Shown here: positions 1-11,415 of the stretch, piece by piece
Numbering within the stretch: the first letter of the stretch is position 1
Layout: every line of letters starts with the position of its first letter
Virus record (IMG/VR): IMGVR_UViG_3300017963_000003
Coordinates: 96,001-160,000 of that record
Origin: a virus
Reading direction: 5' to 3' (one strand)
Length of the DNA: 64,000 nt
Made by a program: the position numbers and the translations under genes
The notes under the pieces: model-generated
What the model saw: the letters and a program-made list of their open reading frames with translations, nothing else
Database searches by the model: none
What the model was told of the DNA's origin: nothing

Positions 1-1251
<1,251 letters not shown>

Positions 1252-2016
1252 CTATCGCCTCTTGTAGAAGACCAGCATGCTCGGTCTATTGATGTTCGTG
1301 CCGTTGCAGTACATCTGAATCGTTTCTCCCGCAGAAACACTGATATTCAAGAAGAGCCCAGTGTACCCGCTCGAAGCCCCCACGACATTCAGGGAAGTGA
1401 TGGGAGAAGCGCCTCCATTCTTGCGCACCTCTGCTGTCCAGGAAAAAGTGCCGTTGGTGGTGGCACTGATAGCCATGATAGTAGCATTGAAGGGGAGGAG
1501 GAAGCCCCCTATGTTCGTCGGTACGCCCCCCGCACCACGCAGATAGCTGTTGGTGATGCTGCTATTACGACCTGCGGACATGAACGGTAGGTCCTGCAAC
1601 AGAGAAGGAGGCTGGAAACCGAAGCTCGTCGGGGTGAGCGCGGTCAGGACGTCGCCCGGCGTCAGTCCTGTTGCGACATGCGCAGCTCCGACAAGAGCAT
1701 GAGCCGGAACACCGCCAACTACGTCGGTCAGGTCTCTTCGACGAAGCTCTCGGATGTCGGAAGCGGTCAGGACGGTGATGGCTCCCAAGGAGTCAATCCA
1801 CGCAGATGCTTTTCCGCGATCTACGTAAGTCGCCAAGGTGTCCAGGAACAGCTGATCGAACTGAACCGTCCGAAGCTCTACCGACTTGGTCTCCCTGGGA
1901 CGGAGGACGATACTGGGGCCAGAGGCTCGGATAGAGCCATCCGAGTTGCCAGCGAGGGAGAGGTTCTCCCCTCTCTGAATTCGGCTCTGGATTACGAGAT
2001 AGGTGGTCTCGGACAT
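1252..2016 (-). CDS. Putative virion structural protein (254 aa)
   Basis: Abuts the collagen-like gene and shares a HALVGAxHxxxGLTPGxVLxALTPTSxGF module with it; beta-rich C-terminus. Function is inferred. Confidence 0.5.
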   Translation of the reverse strand: MSETTYLVIQSRIQRGENLSLAGNSDGSIRASGPSIVLRPRETKSVELRTVQFDQLFLDTLATYVDRGKASAWIDSLGAITVLTASDIRELRRRDLTDVVGGVPAHALVGAAHVATGLTPGDVLTALTPTSFGFQPPSLLQDLPFMSAGRNSSITNSYLRGAGGVPTNIGGFLLPFNATIMAISATTNGTFSWTAEVRKNGGASPITSLNVVGASSGYTGLFLNISVSAGETIQMYCNGTNINRPSMLVFYKRR

Positions 2017-2025
2017 CGACGTCCC

Positions 2026-2646
2026 CTAGAAATCCTGGGATGCCAAGATCTCGGAAACAGCCTCTTCCGGCGTATAGTTGTCCTCCCGCATCCGCGTCAG
2101 TTCGGCGCCGAACTGGCCAACCTGCAACCCTTGCTGGTTCAAGGCAACACCGACCTCGTCGATCCACTCGTCGTACCCTTGTTCGAGGCCCGCCAAGTTC
2201 ACTACGGTGCGCCCCATGTCGGTCAAGAGACCCGCAGGGCTTGCTTCGTGATGCAGAGCCCTGGCTGTAATCTTCCAATCCGCGTCCCAAGGCTCCTCGG
2301 GTAGCGTGCTCAGCATCGGATCGTCGCGACGGTTCTCTTCAGGAAGAGCTTCTTCGTGAAGTGCATCCGAGACGGCTCGTTCAGCAGACTCTTCGAGAAC
2401 GTTCGCCCCTTCGGCATCCATGACGGCCTTGGCGATCTCGACATCCGAGATCGCCTCGGACCCTTCCTCCAACCCAACGCCTTCCTGCTCTTCATACGGC
2501 CTCCACGCGCGCCTGGGAGGTACCAGAGCAGACAAAGACTTTCTCTGCGGACGCGAGGACACCCTGGGCGAAAGAGGGTCAGACGGGGCTCCTGCGAGCC
2601 TCTGAAGGTGCTGGAGGGCGCCGTTGGTCAATCCCGATTTACGCAT
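2026..2646 (-). CDS. Hypothetical acidic protein
   Basis: 206-aa ORF in a co-oriented gene run. Confidence 0.55.
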   Translation of the reverse strand: MRKSGLTNGALQHLQRLAGAPSDPLSPRVSSRPQRKSLSALVPPRRAWRPYEEQEGVGLEEGSEAISDVEIAKAVMDAEGANVLEESAERAVSDALHEEALPEENRRDDPMLSTLPEEPWDADWKITARALHHEASPAGLLTDMGRTVVNLAGLEQGYDEWIDEVGVALNQQGLQVGQFGAELTRMREDNYTPEEAVSEILASQDF

Positions 2647-2709
2647 AGGTATCCTCCTCGATAGGGGATACTATATCATCGGCGTGTTCGGGTTCTTAAA
2701 GAAGACGGT

Positions 2710-3210
2710 CTAGTAGCCGGCCTCGTAGAGAATATCGCCCCACGTGTCATCAAGACCACGTACTGACCGGAAAGTCTGGATGTCCACGTGATCCATCTGG
2801 CGACCAGCCCGGATGAACAAGATCGCCATGTCCTCCGGATAGAGTTCGGCCAAGGTCCCGTCGGGAAGCTCTACCGAGGACTCGGGGTTTCCTGACTTGT
2901 ACAAAGCCTGGGCTACCCGGTACTGGTAGTCATCCACGATGTTGTCGAAGTTGGCCTGCACGCGGCCCATGCCGCCACCGCCAGAAGACGGAGTACCGAA
3001 TGGAGCACCACCTTGCTGAACGTCAGCAGGGACGTACTCGCTGGTTCCGTACTCCAAACCGGCAGCCTGCGCTCGCTGGGCAGCCACGGAGAATGCCATC
3101 GGGGAGGTGCTGTTGCGGATACGCTCCAGCGCACTCTCAGAGTGGGTGACTGCGAACTCGGCCGGTTTTTGGTCAGGCGGCTCCCAGGTCCCAGGATTTC
3201 TCTTTGACAT
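2710..3210 (-). CDS. Hypothetical protein
   Basis: ORF with RBS (GGAGG) before MSKRNPG. Confidence 0.6.
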   Translation of the reverse strand: MSKRNPGTWEPPDQKPAEFAVTHSESALERIRNSTSPMAFSVAAQRAQAAGLEYGTSEYVPADVQQGGAPFGTPSSGGGGMGRVQANFDNIVDDYQYRVAQALYKSGNPESSVELPDGTLAELYPEDMAILFIRAGRQMDHVDIQTFRSVRGLDDTWGDILYEAGY

Positions 3211-3275
3211 GTCGACCTCCAAAGCACCTTACTGTAGCACAGAGCTATTCGGTCCTCTTAAAGATGGCGGCTCTT

Positions 3276-3707
3276 TCAGACACTCAGCGCTTTCAGACAC
3301 TCGGCACACAAGACATTCTTGTTGTCCGGGTGATGTTCGACATGCCCGCACCGAGGACAGATCCGTACAGGACCCGCCAACTCCCGAAGAGAGTCCTTCA
3401 CCTTGACCAGTACGTCGCGCTCCCTCTCTATCGTATCACGGAGGTGCCCCGCAACAGTTGCGGCATCCTTCCGGAGCTTGGATGCTTGGGCGCCAGTGAT
3501 GTACAGGTACTGATACGTCAGCATCCGGTCTTTCATCGCTGACAGATCTTTCATGAGTTGATCCCGTTCACCCCGCTCCTTGTACCGCTGGGCGTTGACC
3601 GTTTGAAGCTCTCCGCGAGCTTCGTTGTACAGGCGTTCGAACTCCTGCGCTCGTTCGAAAAGCTGTGCTTTGGTCATTCGGGAAAGACGGGGGGCAGTAT
3701 TGCTCAT
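3276..3707 (-). CDS. Coiled-coil protein with C-terminal Zn-finger (CPRC...CAEC)
   Basis: Heptad-like N-terminus and two CxxC motifs. Confidence 0.6.
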   Translation of the reverse strand: MSNTAPRLSRMTKAQLFERAQEFERLYNEARGELQTVNAQRYKERGERDQLMKDLSAMKDRMLTYQYLYITGAQASKLRKDAATVAGHLRDTIERERDVLVKVKDSLRELAGPVRICPRCGHVEHHPDNKNVLCAECLKALSV

Positions 3708-3762
3708 CGATCACCTCCTGTAGGCTAGTACTATACCACAGGATGGTGGACTTCGCAACTAT

Positions 3763-4194
3763 TTAGTAGGAACCGACCTGATAGGGGTATGGATTTCGAC
3801 GAAGATAATCGTCCCACCATTGAGAACCTTCGGAAACGTAAGACTGCGGCTCCGCCCTCTTCTTCTCCTGAGCCTCTTCCAAGGTATTCATACGTTCCGA
3901 GATCTCATTGATAGTAGTGGCGAGGCTGTTGCTCCATTCGATGGCTTGTCCGCTCCACGCCGCCAAGGCCTCGACCTGAGCTTGAAGCTCCCAGATCTGG
4001 ATCTCCAGGTCCTCTATCTGTTCTTCAGAGAGGGTCTGCTCTGCCCGGAGCTGTTCCAGGAGTGCATGCAGCTCCTCTACGTTGGCAGCCGCCCCCTCCA
4101 GCTCGGCATCCAGATCGTAGACCTCTTCCTCGGGGACCTCGGCGCCTACCACCTGGGCGATACGGACCAGTGATGCGTTGAGTAGACCTGACAT
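3763..4194 (-). CDS. Acidic coiled-coil hypothetical protein
   Basis: Glu/Gln/Leu-rich heptads. Confidence 0.55.
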   Translation of the reverse strand: MSGLLNASLVRIAQVVGAEVPEEEVYDLDAELEGAAANVEELHALLEQLRAEQTLSEEQIEDLEIQIWELQAQVEALAAWSGQAIEWSNSLATTINEISERMNTLEEAQEKKRAEPQSYVSEGSQWWDDYLRRNPYPYQVGSY

Positions 4195-4226
4195 GAGCCT
4201 ACCCTACCACAAGAGGGGTCGGAAAC

Positions 4227-4946
4227 CTAAAGAGACTCTGATCCCTGCGAAAGGCCGCTCTTCAGTTCCTCGTAGTCGAATTTGGAGCCCAGGCACTCTT
4301 TGATCGTGACAACATCGCCACCGAAACCAACCACATTCCCGCAGAGCAGGTGAAGATGGGAACGTACGTACTGCTCCCCCTCGGCAAAGCGGATGCCCTT
4401 CCCAGTAGGTCGGTACTTGCCAGCCTTGGCTCCGGACTCGTTCTCGTGAGCTTCGCGCTCGATCAGACCCCAGTGCACGAGGTACGATCCGTCGGTGCTG
4501 GCCTTGGTGGTCGACGGCACGAGTTCTCGGGTGGAGTACCAACGAGGTTCCTCCTTGAAGGCTCGAACAAGCTTGAGCAAGAAGAGAGCCATCTCGGTGT
4601 GGAGCTTGCGCCGGTACAGCTTGACGAGACGACCGCAACAAGGGCAGGATGCCCCTTTGTCGGTCATCGACATCATCTTCGTCCGAGCCTCTTCCAGTGT
4701 GACCTCTGGGCTCTCCGTATCCGGAGGCAGTTCTACCCGAGGACCCCAAGAGTAGATATCCGAAGGGAAGTGAGTGTACATGAAGCCCAGGATTCCCACG
4801 CTCTTCGCTACGCCTCCTTGGAAGAACACCAGCGCAGGGGCAGCCTCAGCACCCTCCGACAGCTTCACCCAAATACGCTGCGTTCGGGCTACCGCCGTAC
4901 CGATTTCCCCCGAGATTGTTGGTGGTTTCTCGAACCATTGTGACAT
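4227..4946 (-). CDS. Hypothetical protein with CPCC Zn-knuckle and winged-helix-like C-terminus
   Basis: CPCCGR motif; LVHWGLIER...GKYRPTGKG resembles a wHTH wing (inference). Confidence 0.5.
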   Translation of the reverse strand: MSQWFEKPPTISGEIGTAVARTQRIWVKLSEGAEAAPALVFFQGGVAKSVGILGFMYTHFPSDIYSWGPRVELPPDTESPEVTLEEARTKMMSMTDKGASCPCCGRLVKLYRRKLHTEMALFLLKLVRAFKEEPRWYSTRELVPSTTKASTDGSYLVHWGLIEREAHENESGAKAGKYRPTGKGIRFAEGEQYVRSHLHLLCGNVVGFGGDVVTIKECLGSKFDYEELKSGLSQGSESL

Positions 4947-5007
4947 TTTGCCCTCCTGTGCGTATGCTCAGGGGAACCATACCACAATATATAGGTGAGG
5001 TCAAGTA

Positions 5008-5478
5008 TTAGCGGACGAAGGGAGACCGACGAGACGCGACGAACTGCTGATCCCAGAGGTTTTGTGCCCTCTCGTCTTCAGAGGCGAAGCTCATGGCTCC
5101 GGTGTCGGACTCCGCGCTGGCCTCGCTGAGGACGTCCCAGACTTCCTCGCTGGTCGCTCCGGCTTGGAGCTGGTCGAGGAGGCTCGCTGCGATCACAGTA
5201 TCCACGAGCATCTCTACCCCGCTCTCGTCACGGACATACGCCAGGCTCTTCGAAGGGTCCTGGCTCGGAACGGGTTCCACAACAAAACTGCCGATCCCCT
5301 CAAACCCAGAAGGGTCGAGCCCCAACGCCTCTTGCTCACCAGGAGCGCCCCCGATGTTCTGCGGGTTGAAGTAGTCGAGCTTCTGCTGGAGCACATTGGC
5401 CAGGGCCGTGTGGCGTTGCTTGTAGTACGATTCCAGGCGCCCCAGGGCTCCGGTCTCCGCGATGCGTCTCATCTTCAT
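5008..5478 (-). CDS. Hypothetical protein
   Basis: 156-aa ORF with RBS. Confidence 0.55.
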   Translation of the reverse strand: MKMRRIAETGALGRLESYYKQRHTALANVLQQKLDYFNPQNIGGAPGEQEALGLDPSGFEGIGSFVVEPVPSQDPSKSLAYVRDESGVEMLVDTVIAASLLDQLQAGATSEEVWDVLSEASAESDTGAMSFASEDERAQNLWDQQFVASRRSPFVR

Positions 5479-5531
5479 GGCTAACCTCCTGAGAGCTTGT
5501 ACTGTAGCACGAAGATCGTCGGAATTATAAA

Positions 5532-6188
5532 CTACAGAGCGTCGTCAAGGTCTTCCGGAAGTTGCTGCTGGGCCTGAGGGGCGAATAGCTCTTCCGGAGA
5601 TTTCAGTTCGGGAAGCTCCTCTTCGGGATCAGGTTCCTTGGAAGACGCTTGAGGGGGTTCTATAGCGGCCAAAACGTCATCGAGGTCCAGGCCCTCCGCA
5701 GAGCCTTCCTCTTCTGCCAGCGCCTCTTCGTCCACCCCGGCCAAAGGATCGTCTGCGGATACTGCGATGCCGTACAGAGCACCGGCACCCATTCCGTAGC
5801 CGGAACCGCTCCCTCCGCCCCCGCCAACTCCCCGAGCAGCCCGGACGGGCTTGAAGGGGTTTTCCTCCACGACCGGTTCCGGGAGAGAAGCATTCGACCC
5901 CAACGCAATCATATCCAACGCAGCTCGCATCGCCTGCATGCTGTGTTGCACCCCTTGCAGCTGGTGGTAGAGATAGCTCGTCTTCTGAGCCTCGAACTCC
6001 ACCTTCTGCTTGAGCAGTTCGTACGTCTTGTCGGTCTTACGCTCCACACGCTCTTCGTCGGAGTCGTCGAGCGCATGGAAGAGGCTGGTGCCGCTCATCG
6101 ACAAGGCAGTCAAGATGCCTCCGATGACCAGACCGACCTTGGTGTACGGGTTCTGGGGGACCTTTGATTTACGAGCAGCTTCCGGCAT
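5532..6188 (-). CDS. Membrane-anchored acidic protein
   Basis: N-terminal hydrophobic helix VGLVIGGILTALSMSG, then coiled coil and Glu/Asp-rich tail. Confidence 0.55.
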   Translation of the reverse strand: MPEAARKSKVPQNPYTKVGLVIGGILTALSMSGTSLFHALDDSDEERVERKTDKTYELLKQKVEFEAQKTSYLYHQLQGVQHSMQAMRAALDMIALGSNASLPEPVVEENPFKPVRAARGVGGGGGSGSGYGMGAGALYGIAVSADDPLAGVDEEALAEEEGSAEGLDLDDVLAAIEPPQASSKEPDPEEELPELKSPEELFAPQAQQQLPEDLDDAL

Positions 6189-6235
6189 GGAGTCCTCCTC
6201 TCAGGATTATTCTACCATGCCTTTTTGTGTACAGG

Positions 6236-6844
6236 CTAAAGTCGATGCGAATTGTCCCACGGACCTTTCTGGGAAAGAATGAACCTTTCTCCGCTGCGCC
6301 ATCGACGCTCCTCCACGTCGAGAACATGTTCGAAGTGCTCGATCACAGTGGGGTTGTGTACCGCGCATAGAACTTGCGCCGAGATCTCTGCCAGCGAATA
6401 GAGCGCACCGATGAGCCGGTAGCAACTTCGGATACTCAACCCGATGTCAGGTTCGTCGAGAAGAACCACAGGAGAAGGCGACTGCCCGTCTCGGTTGAGG
6501 TCCCTCACGCTCTTCAGAACTCCCTCCAGGAGGAAGTTCATGGCCTGCCCGTGAGACATGAGCCGGGTAGAGAGGGCGACACGAGGAGCCGTAGAGAAGG
6601 CGTCCACGAACAGCGTCCGGGGGTTGTGGCGTTCGGCATCGTAGGCCAGTACCGGGCTAGGGTTCCGCATCTTCAGAAGCACCTCGGACCTCTTACCTTG
6701 CGAGGTCAACAAGATGGACTCCAGGAGGGTCGTCTTACCAGCGCCCTGATCCCCCACGAGGATGTTGATGCCGCTGCTGAGATCGAAATACGTACCCTTC
6801 TCGAAGCATCGAAACTCCTCGTCGAACACGACACGCTCGATCAT
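6236..6844 (-). CDS. Small ABC/AAA_21-type ATPase
   Basis: Walker A GDQGAGKT, signature-like MSHGQ, Walker B/D-loop VVLLDEPD, H-loop AVHN. Confidence 0.8.
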   Translation of the reverse strand: MIERVVFDEEFRCFEKGTYFDLSSGINILVGDQGAGKTTLLESILLTSQGKRSEVLLKMRNPSPVLAYDAERHNPRTLFVDAFSTAPRVALSTRLMSHGQAMNFLLEGVLKSVRDLNRDGQSPSPVVLLDEPDIGLSIRSCYRLIGALYSLAEISAQVLCAVHNPTVIEHFEHVLDVEERRWRSGERFILSQKGPWDNSHRL

Positions 6845-6845
6845 C

Positions 6846-7253
6846 TCAGTACTCCAGCTCCATGATGTCCTCGATGTCGTTGATGACCTGGGCCGCACCT
6901 TCCAGCGGGGTTTCACACCGTTGGATGTCGGAAGCCACGCTCTCCGGAAACTCCTCGATGTACTCCATGATGCGCCGTAGGATCGTGTTGTCCAACCGGG
7001 AACGAAAAATTCCGTACTCGCGCTGGGCGGCCACTGTCATGAAGATCCCGCGTGCGCGTACCTTCCCGTCACGGCCACGGAGCCAACCTTTCCTACGGAG
7101 AGACTCCAGGTGGCAGCTGACTCCGTTGGTCGAGGTAATGCCCATCTCGGCACCGATCTCACGCAGAGAAGGGAAGACGCCGCCGTTCGCTTCGTAAAAG
7201 GACACCATGAAGTCCATGACGTCCTGCTGCCGGGGGCTCAACTTTTCGAGCAT
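6846..7253 (-). CDS. LexA-type DNA-binding-domain repressor without peptidase domain
   Basis: LSPRQQDVMDF...PSLREIGAEMGITSTNGVSCHLESLRRKGWL matches the LexA N-terminal wHTH pattern. Confidence 0.8.
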   Translation of the reverse strand: MLEKLSPRQQDVMDFMVSFYEANGGVFPSLREIGAEMGITSTNGVSCHLESLRRKGWLRGRDGKVRARGIFMTVAAQREYGIFRSRLDNTILRRIMEYIEEFPESVASDIQRCETPLEGAAQVINDIEDIMELEY

Positions 7254-7684
7254 CCCCCCTCGCGCTCTTCCTGTTTCTTCAGGAGCGCCTTCACCTTCTT
7301 CGCATGACGCCTCGAACCCTCTGCGCTCTTCTCCTGATGCTTTTCTCTGCATACCACCTTCTCCATCAGTCGGTCGTACTCAAATCTGCCCGGAAGCGTC
7401 CACGGGGTCAGCTCGCCTCTGAGGTAGATCGGCCATCCTATCTTGCTGATCAAGGGCTTCCGGAAGTCCTTGGCGATCAACGCGGGACGCCGTGTACCCG
7501 ATTTGGCCTCCGGGAGCGTGTATAGGAGGACTCGCGCGCTGGTTCTCTTGACGACCCTTCGTACACCTACAGCGAGGAGGTCCGCATCGAACGGGTTGTC
7601 CTTGTCTTCCCTCTTCCACCAGATTCCGCGTAACTTACGAGCGTAAATATTCATCTCCGCCCGTCGCAGCTCCGCTTTGGTCAT
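7238..7684 (-). CDS. Basic hypothetical protein
   Basis: Lys/Arg-rich ORF in operon context. Confidence 0.5.
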   Translation of the reverse strand: MTKAELRRAEMNIYARKLRGIWWKREDKDNPFDADLLAVGVRRVVKRTSARVLLYTLPEAKSGTRRPALIAKDFRKPLISKIGWPIYLRGELTPWTLPGRFEYDRLMEKVVCREKHQEKSAEGSRRHAKKVKALLKKQEEREGGCSKS

Positions 7685-7701
7685 GGCACCCATGCCGTGC
7701 T

Positions 7702-8430
7702 TCATACAGTACCTCTCCGAGAACAGAAATTCGAGAACGCCGTAGACGCCTCTGAGGGCTCAACCTCTGCCAGCGTAGACACGCGCCCCCAGCAATCCTC
7801 CAGCACCGACAGCTCTGAAGGGGCCGCATCGATCCTGTCGGGCGTGTTCAACGACGCATTGGCGTGCCAGTGCTCGTACATCTCCACCACCCTCTGCTGG
7901 AAAGGATCGGACTCGTACATCTCTGCCTGCTCCCCACGTCCACTTCTGCGAGCAGCCAGTACGTTCACGTCATCAACTGCCAAGTAGAGCCAGAGATGAG
8001 GCTCCAGTACTCTCGGATGGTCTACTCCGCGCTTTACATTCACACGCCACATTTCGTCGAGAAGTTGAGAAAACCTTTTCTCAGCGCCCTCCCGAGTCTC
8101 TGCGCTGGCACTCTGGTAGACAAGGGTGCTGGCGTAGTACCGATCACAGATCACGTGCTTTCCGGACTCCAGGGCAGGTTCGATCTCTTCACGAACGTGA
8201 TGCAGCCGATCCGCCATGAAGAGGTAGCTCATCTCTCTCCACGGCCACGGCTCATCGCTGTTCTTGAGCACTCCACGGATGAACGTCCCTATCGGTCCTG
8301 CCGAGGGCTCCCAGGTCCTGACCACAGACTCCCCGCCCAGACACGTCGTCAATAGAGTGTACAGATTGATCGCCTGTGTCGTCGTCCCTGCTCCGTCGGC
8401 CCCTTCGAGTACGATGAACTTCCCCCGCAT
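7702..8430 (-). CDS. tmk: Thymidylate kinase
   Basis: FIVLEGADGAGTTTQ P-loop, TWEP, LFMADR, VICDRYYASTLVYQ. Confidence 0.9.
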   Translation of the reverse strand: MRGKFIVLEGADGAGTTTQAINLYTLLTTCLGGESVVRTWEPSAGPIGTFIRGVLKNSDEPWPWREMSYLFMADRLHHVREEIEPALESGKHVICDRYYASTLVYQSASAETREGAEKRFSQLLDEMWRVNVKRGVDHPRVLEPHLWLYLAVDDVNVLAARRSGRGEQAEMYESDPFQQRVVEMYEHWHANASLNTPDRIDAAPSELSVLEDCWGRVSTLAEVEPSEASTAFSNFCSRRGTV

Positions 8431-8440
8431 GATGCCCCTC

Positions 8441-8827
8441 CTACTTGGTCAAGTCAGTCTGCGCGGTTCGCAGAATCCTCCTGAAGTTGCTCTTCTCCAG
8501 TTTCGCAAACTTTGCGGCTTCGTTGACGCTCCCGAACCGGGCGATCAACGAAGAGCAGTACACGAGCTGGAACTGCCGAACGTTCCTCATCCGGGCCTTC
8601 TTATAGGGAAGCCCCAGAGGCACGTCTATGGGTACAGAAGAGAACACCTGGTCCACACCCTCGTCAACCGCGCGAACGGCCTCCTGGAGAGCCTGGCGGG
8701 CCTTCTCGATGGCTAGAGCCTCCCCCTTCGTGCAGCCGTCCTCCTCTGTAACGTTGGCCTCCGTCCACAAGGCCTGCGTCTGCTCTTCCAGTTCCTTCAA
8801 GTGCTCCAGTATCTCTGCCCTAGTCAC
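8441..8827 (-). CDS. Protein with C-terminal Fis-like HTH
   Basis: GTG start after AGGAGG; C-terminus FGSVNEAAKFAKLEKSNFRRIL is Fis-HTH-like. Confidence 0.55.
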   Translation of the reverse strand: MTRAEILEHLKELEEQTQALWTEANVTEEDGCTKGEALAIEKARQALQEAVRAVDEGVDQVFSSVPIDVPLGLPYKKARMRNVRQFQLVYCSSLIARFGSVNEAAKFAKLEKSNFRRILRTAQTDLTK

Positions 8828-9775
8828 TGTCTTCCTCCTCGCCAATGTTTTCCAACTTCGCAGCGTCGTTCCACCCAACGCCGAATCTCTGATATTTTGG
8901 GGGATCAACAGCGTTCCCCTCAGAATCGTACCAAACACCGTCAGACTCGATGCACACCCCAGACACCGCAAACACCGTCCTTTCCAGCTCAACCGCGTCA
9001 GATGACACAACCCAAGACGTCTGCCCCCAAGAAGTCGAAGCAGCCCCTGACGTTCCCCTCAGAGGCCACATCAGTTCCTCGTCCCAGAGAGCCTTACACG
9101 AGAGAGAACACGCGTGACGATTGTCGTTGGTCAGATGGAGACTGCCAGCATCAAACACTCGCCTGCACTGCACGCACTGATACATCAGCTCTCCTTACTC
9201 ACCGCGTGCCAAGGTAGGGGTGAGGTGATCCCGACAAGGCTTGAATAAAAAGGTCCTCCCGCACTTCTCGCAAAGAGCTTTTCCCGTGGAGACAGCGGTT
9301 AGCGGGAAGTGATTGCACGTCTGGCAAGTCAAACCGAGCGCCTGCAAAGTCTGCCCAAGGTCGAGATCGTCAAAAGAAACCGCCTGCACTACAACCGTGA
9401 AAGACCCATGCAGCTCCGCTGCGTTCCTGTTGACCTGGAAATCGGTGTGTAGCGACTTGACGGAACCTTGCACTTTCCCAACGCCCGGTACCGAGATAAT
9501 GACCCCCGTGTAGCCCTTACCCCAGAGTTCACGAATGAAGTCCCCCATAGGACCGTCGTAGGAACGGTCCACTACGCCGGAATTCATGACCACTACTACT
9601 TCGGGACCTCCGTCTGGAGGGTCGGGCTTCTTCGAGAGCTTTGACCGAACTTCTGCGATCCACTCACGCGTGATCTCCGGTTCGCTGCTTCCAGAATGAA
9701 TCTTGTAGTGTTCATCGCTAGAGTACAGGGCTCCCTCTTTCGGGTACTCGTCTTGTTTGAACCTGACCTCGATTG

Positions 9776-10195
9776 TCACAGCTCCCCATCTCCTCCCTCA
9801 GGTGTTGTCGAGTCTACCCACCTGTCTTGCATGTTGAATCGCTCTTCGTATCTCGGACCCATCTGTTTGAGCAGGGACTTCTCGTCCTCCAGCTCTTCGG
9901 ATGTCGGAACGTGGCCGACCACTCGATAAGTGTTCAAGCTCGCACAGCAGCCTTCACCCACACCCAGCACGTTCACGACGTGAGTGAGTTCCTTACCCTT
10001 GGTGTGGAGTACAAAACCACAGCGCCAGCGTTCTCCGTCCCACTCCAGAGACGGACAGCCACCTTGCTCCTGCCAGATGATCTCTGCGTTGAAACCACTG
10101 AGTTCGATCTTGGCCACTTCCCAGTACGTGTCCATGATCAAATTGCAGGGAGCTTTCCTGCAACAGTAGCCGCACCCTATACAGTCCCTGGGCAT
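9776..10195 (-). CDS. CxxCxxCC (YkgJ-like) metal-cluster protein
   Basis: CIGCGYCC at the N-terminus plus further Cys (GCP, RCG, GCC). Confidence 0.6.
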   Translation of the reverse strand: MPRDCIGCGYCCRKAPCNLIMDTYWEVAKIELSGFNAEIIWQEQGGCPSLEWDGERWRCGFVLHTKGKELTHVVNVLGVGEGCCASLNTYRVVGHVPTSEELEDEKSLLKQMGPRYEERFNMQDRWVDSTTPEGGDGEL

Positions 10196-10654
10196 CTACG
10201 CCACCTTGCGGCTGCTCCGCTTTTTCTTGTCGCGGGATTTCACGTAGAAGTCCTCGTAGCAGGTGTTGAAGACGTCCATGATGAACTCCCCAACCGAACC
10301 GAACCGAACCCCCACCTCTCAGACTCTTCTTCTACCCACAACAGCTCTTCCGAGCTGAGGCAGACCTTGACGAACCTCGTGAGATAACTCACGTGCCACG
10401 GCAGAAGTCCTAGACGAAATGCCGTCTCGTCGATGGTACGTCCTTGAGAGCGTAGGTGAATCATGTCTGCGATACGCTCCAAACCTCGTGCGGTCTTCAT
10501 CACTAGCACCTCCCGTACAGAAACCCGTACAACTCTAACACCTATAGCATAGGTGCAGAGGGGGTGTCAAGTTTTTCCCCATGACGTTCGTCTTTGTACA
10601 TTTACGTAGTCTTGTCAATAGAGCGCAGATTCACCACTTTTTTCTTGACAGCAG

Positions 10655-10684
10655 CTCCGGGAAGCCCCATATTGGCACACTGCG
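10655..10684 (+). promoter_or_regulatory. Sigma70-like promoter of the tRNA cluster
   Basis: TTGACA at 10655 followed about 17-18 nt later by CATATT, upstream of tRNA-Pro. Confidence 0.55.
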
Positions 10685-10763
10685 ACGGTGAGAACGATGA
10701 AGAGAAACTACCAGATGCGACCTTGCCCATCCCCTACGGCGCCCCGAGAGGGGCGATCCGTAT

Positions 10764-10837
10764 CCGGGTGTGGCGCAGTCTGGCAGCGCACTTGATTCGG
10801 GATCAAGGGGTCGGGAGTTCGAATCTCCCCGCCCGGA
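10764..10837 (+). tRNA. tRNA-Pro(CGG)
   Basis: Cloverleaf; anticodon arm CTTGA-TTCGGGA-TCAAG; T-loop GTTCGAAT. Confidence 0.9.
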
Positions 10838-11004
10838 CAGATGGAGAGAGAACGATGAAACGCAAGAGACGAGAAACAGTCATGCCAACCATCACTCCCG
10901 CCGCCACGGCTCCCCGCCGGTGGTGCCTCTCCTCGTTTACCCAGCTATCCCAACATCTCTATTTGAATTCGAGTCTGTAGGCCTAGTTTAGGCCCGCAGA
11001 GCTT

Positions 11005-11091
11005 GGAGTCGTAGCCTCAACGGTAAGGCCCCGCCCCGGAACGGCGTGTGCACGGTCTCCCGTGGTCCAGGTTCGAATCCTGGCGGCTCCG
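11005..11091 (+). tRNA. tRNA-Ser(GGA), long variable arm, C at position 33
   Basis: Acceptor GGAGTCG/CGGCTCC, G73, arm CGCC-CCGGAAC-GGCG, T-loop GTTCGAAT. Confidence 0.7.
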
Positions 11092-11139
11092 CTCGAATTG
11101 TTGTGAAGGAATAAGCAGCAACGCTGTTTGCTGCTCGTA

Positions 11140-11151
11140 GATCTTTGAAAA
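11140..11151 (+). promoter_or_regulatory. boxA-like antitermination site in the tRNA cluster
   Basis: GATCTTTGAAAA, preceded by hairpin AGCAGCAA-CGCTGT-TTGCTGCT (boxB-like). Confidence 0.55.
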
Positions 11152-11165
11152 TTGAGCAGCAAACA

Positions 11166-11257
11166 GGAGGGATGGCTGAAATGGCAATAGCGGCGGTCTC
11201 GAAAATCGCAGCCCACGGCGTCGTACCGTGGTGGGGGTTCGAATCCCTCTCCCTCCT
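11166..11257 (+). tRNA. tRNA-Ser(CGA)
   Basis: Arm GCGGT-CTCGAAA-ATCGC, long variable arm. Confidence 0.85.
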
Positions 11258-11259
11258 CT

Positions 11260-11339
11260 GTGGCCGTAGCTCAAAGTTTGGATAGAGCCCCGGATTGTGG
11301 CTCCGGGGGTTGCGGGTTCGAGTCCCGTCGGTCACTCCA
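11260..11339 (+). tRNA. tRNA-His(GTG)
   Basis: Arm CCGGA-TTGTGGC-TCCGG; encoded CCA. Confidence 0.9.
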
Positions 11340-11340
11340 G

Positions 11341-11412
11341 AGGGCTGTAGTTCAGTTGGAAGAACATCGGGATTTGACCCCGACGACCACGGTTCAAGTC
11401 CGTGCAGCCCTT
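11341..11412 (+). tRNA. tRNA-Gln(TTG)
   Basis: Arm TCGGG-ATTTGAC-CCCGA; T-loop GTTCAAGT. Confidence 0.8.
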
Positions 11413-11415
11413 CAG

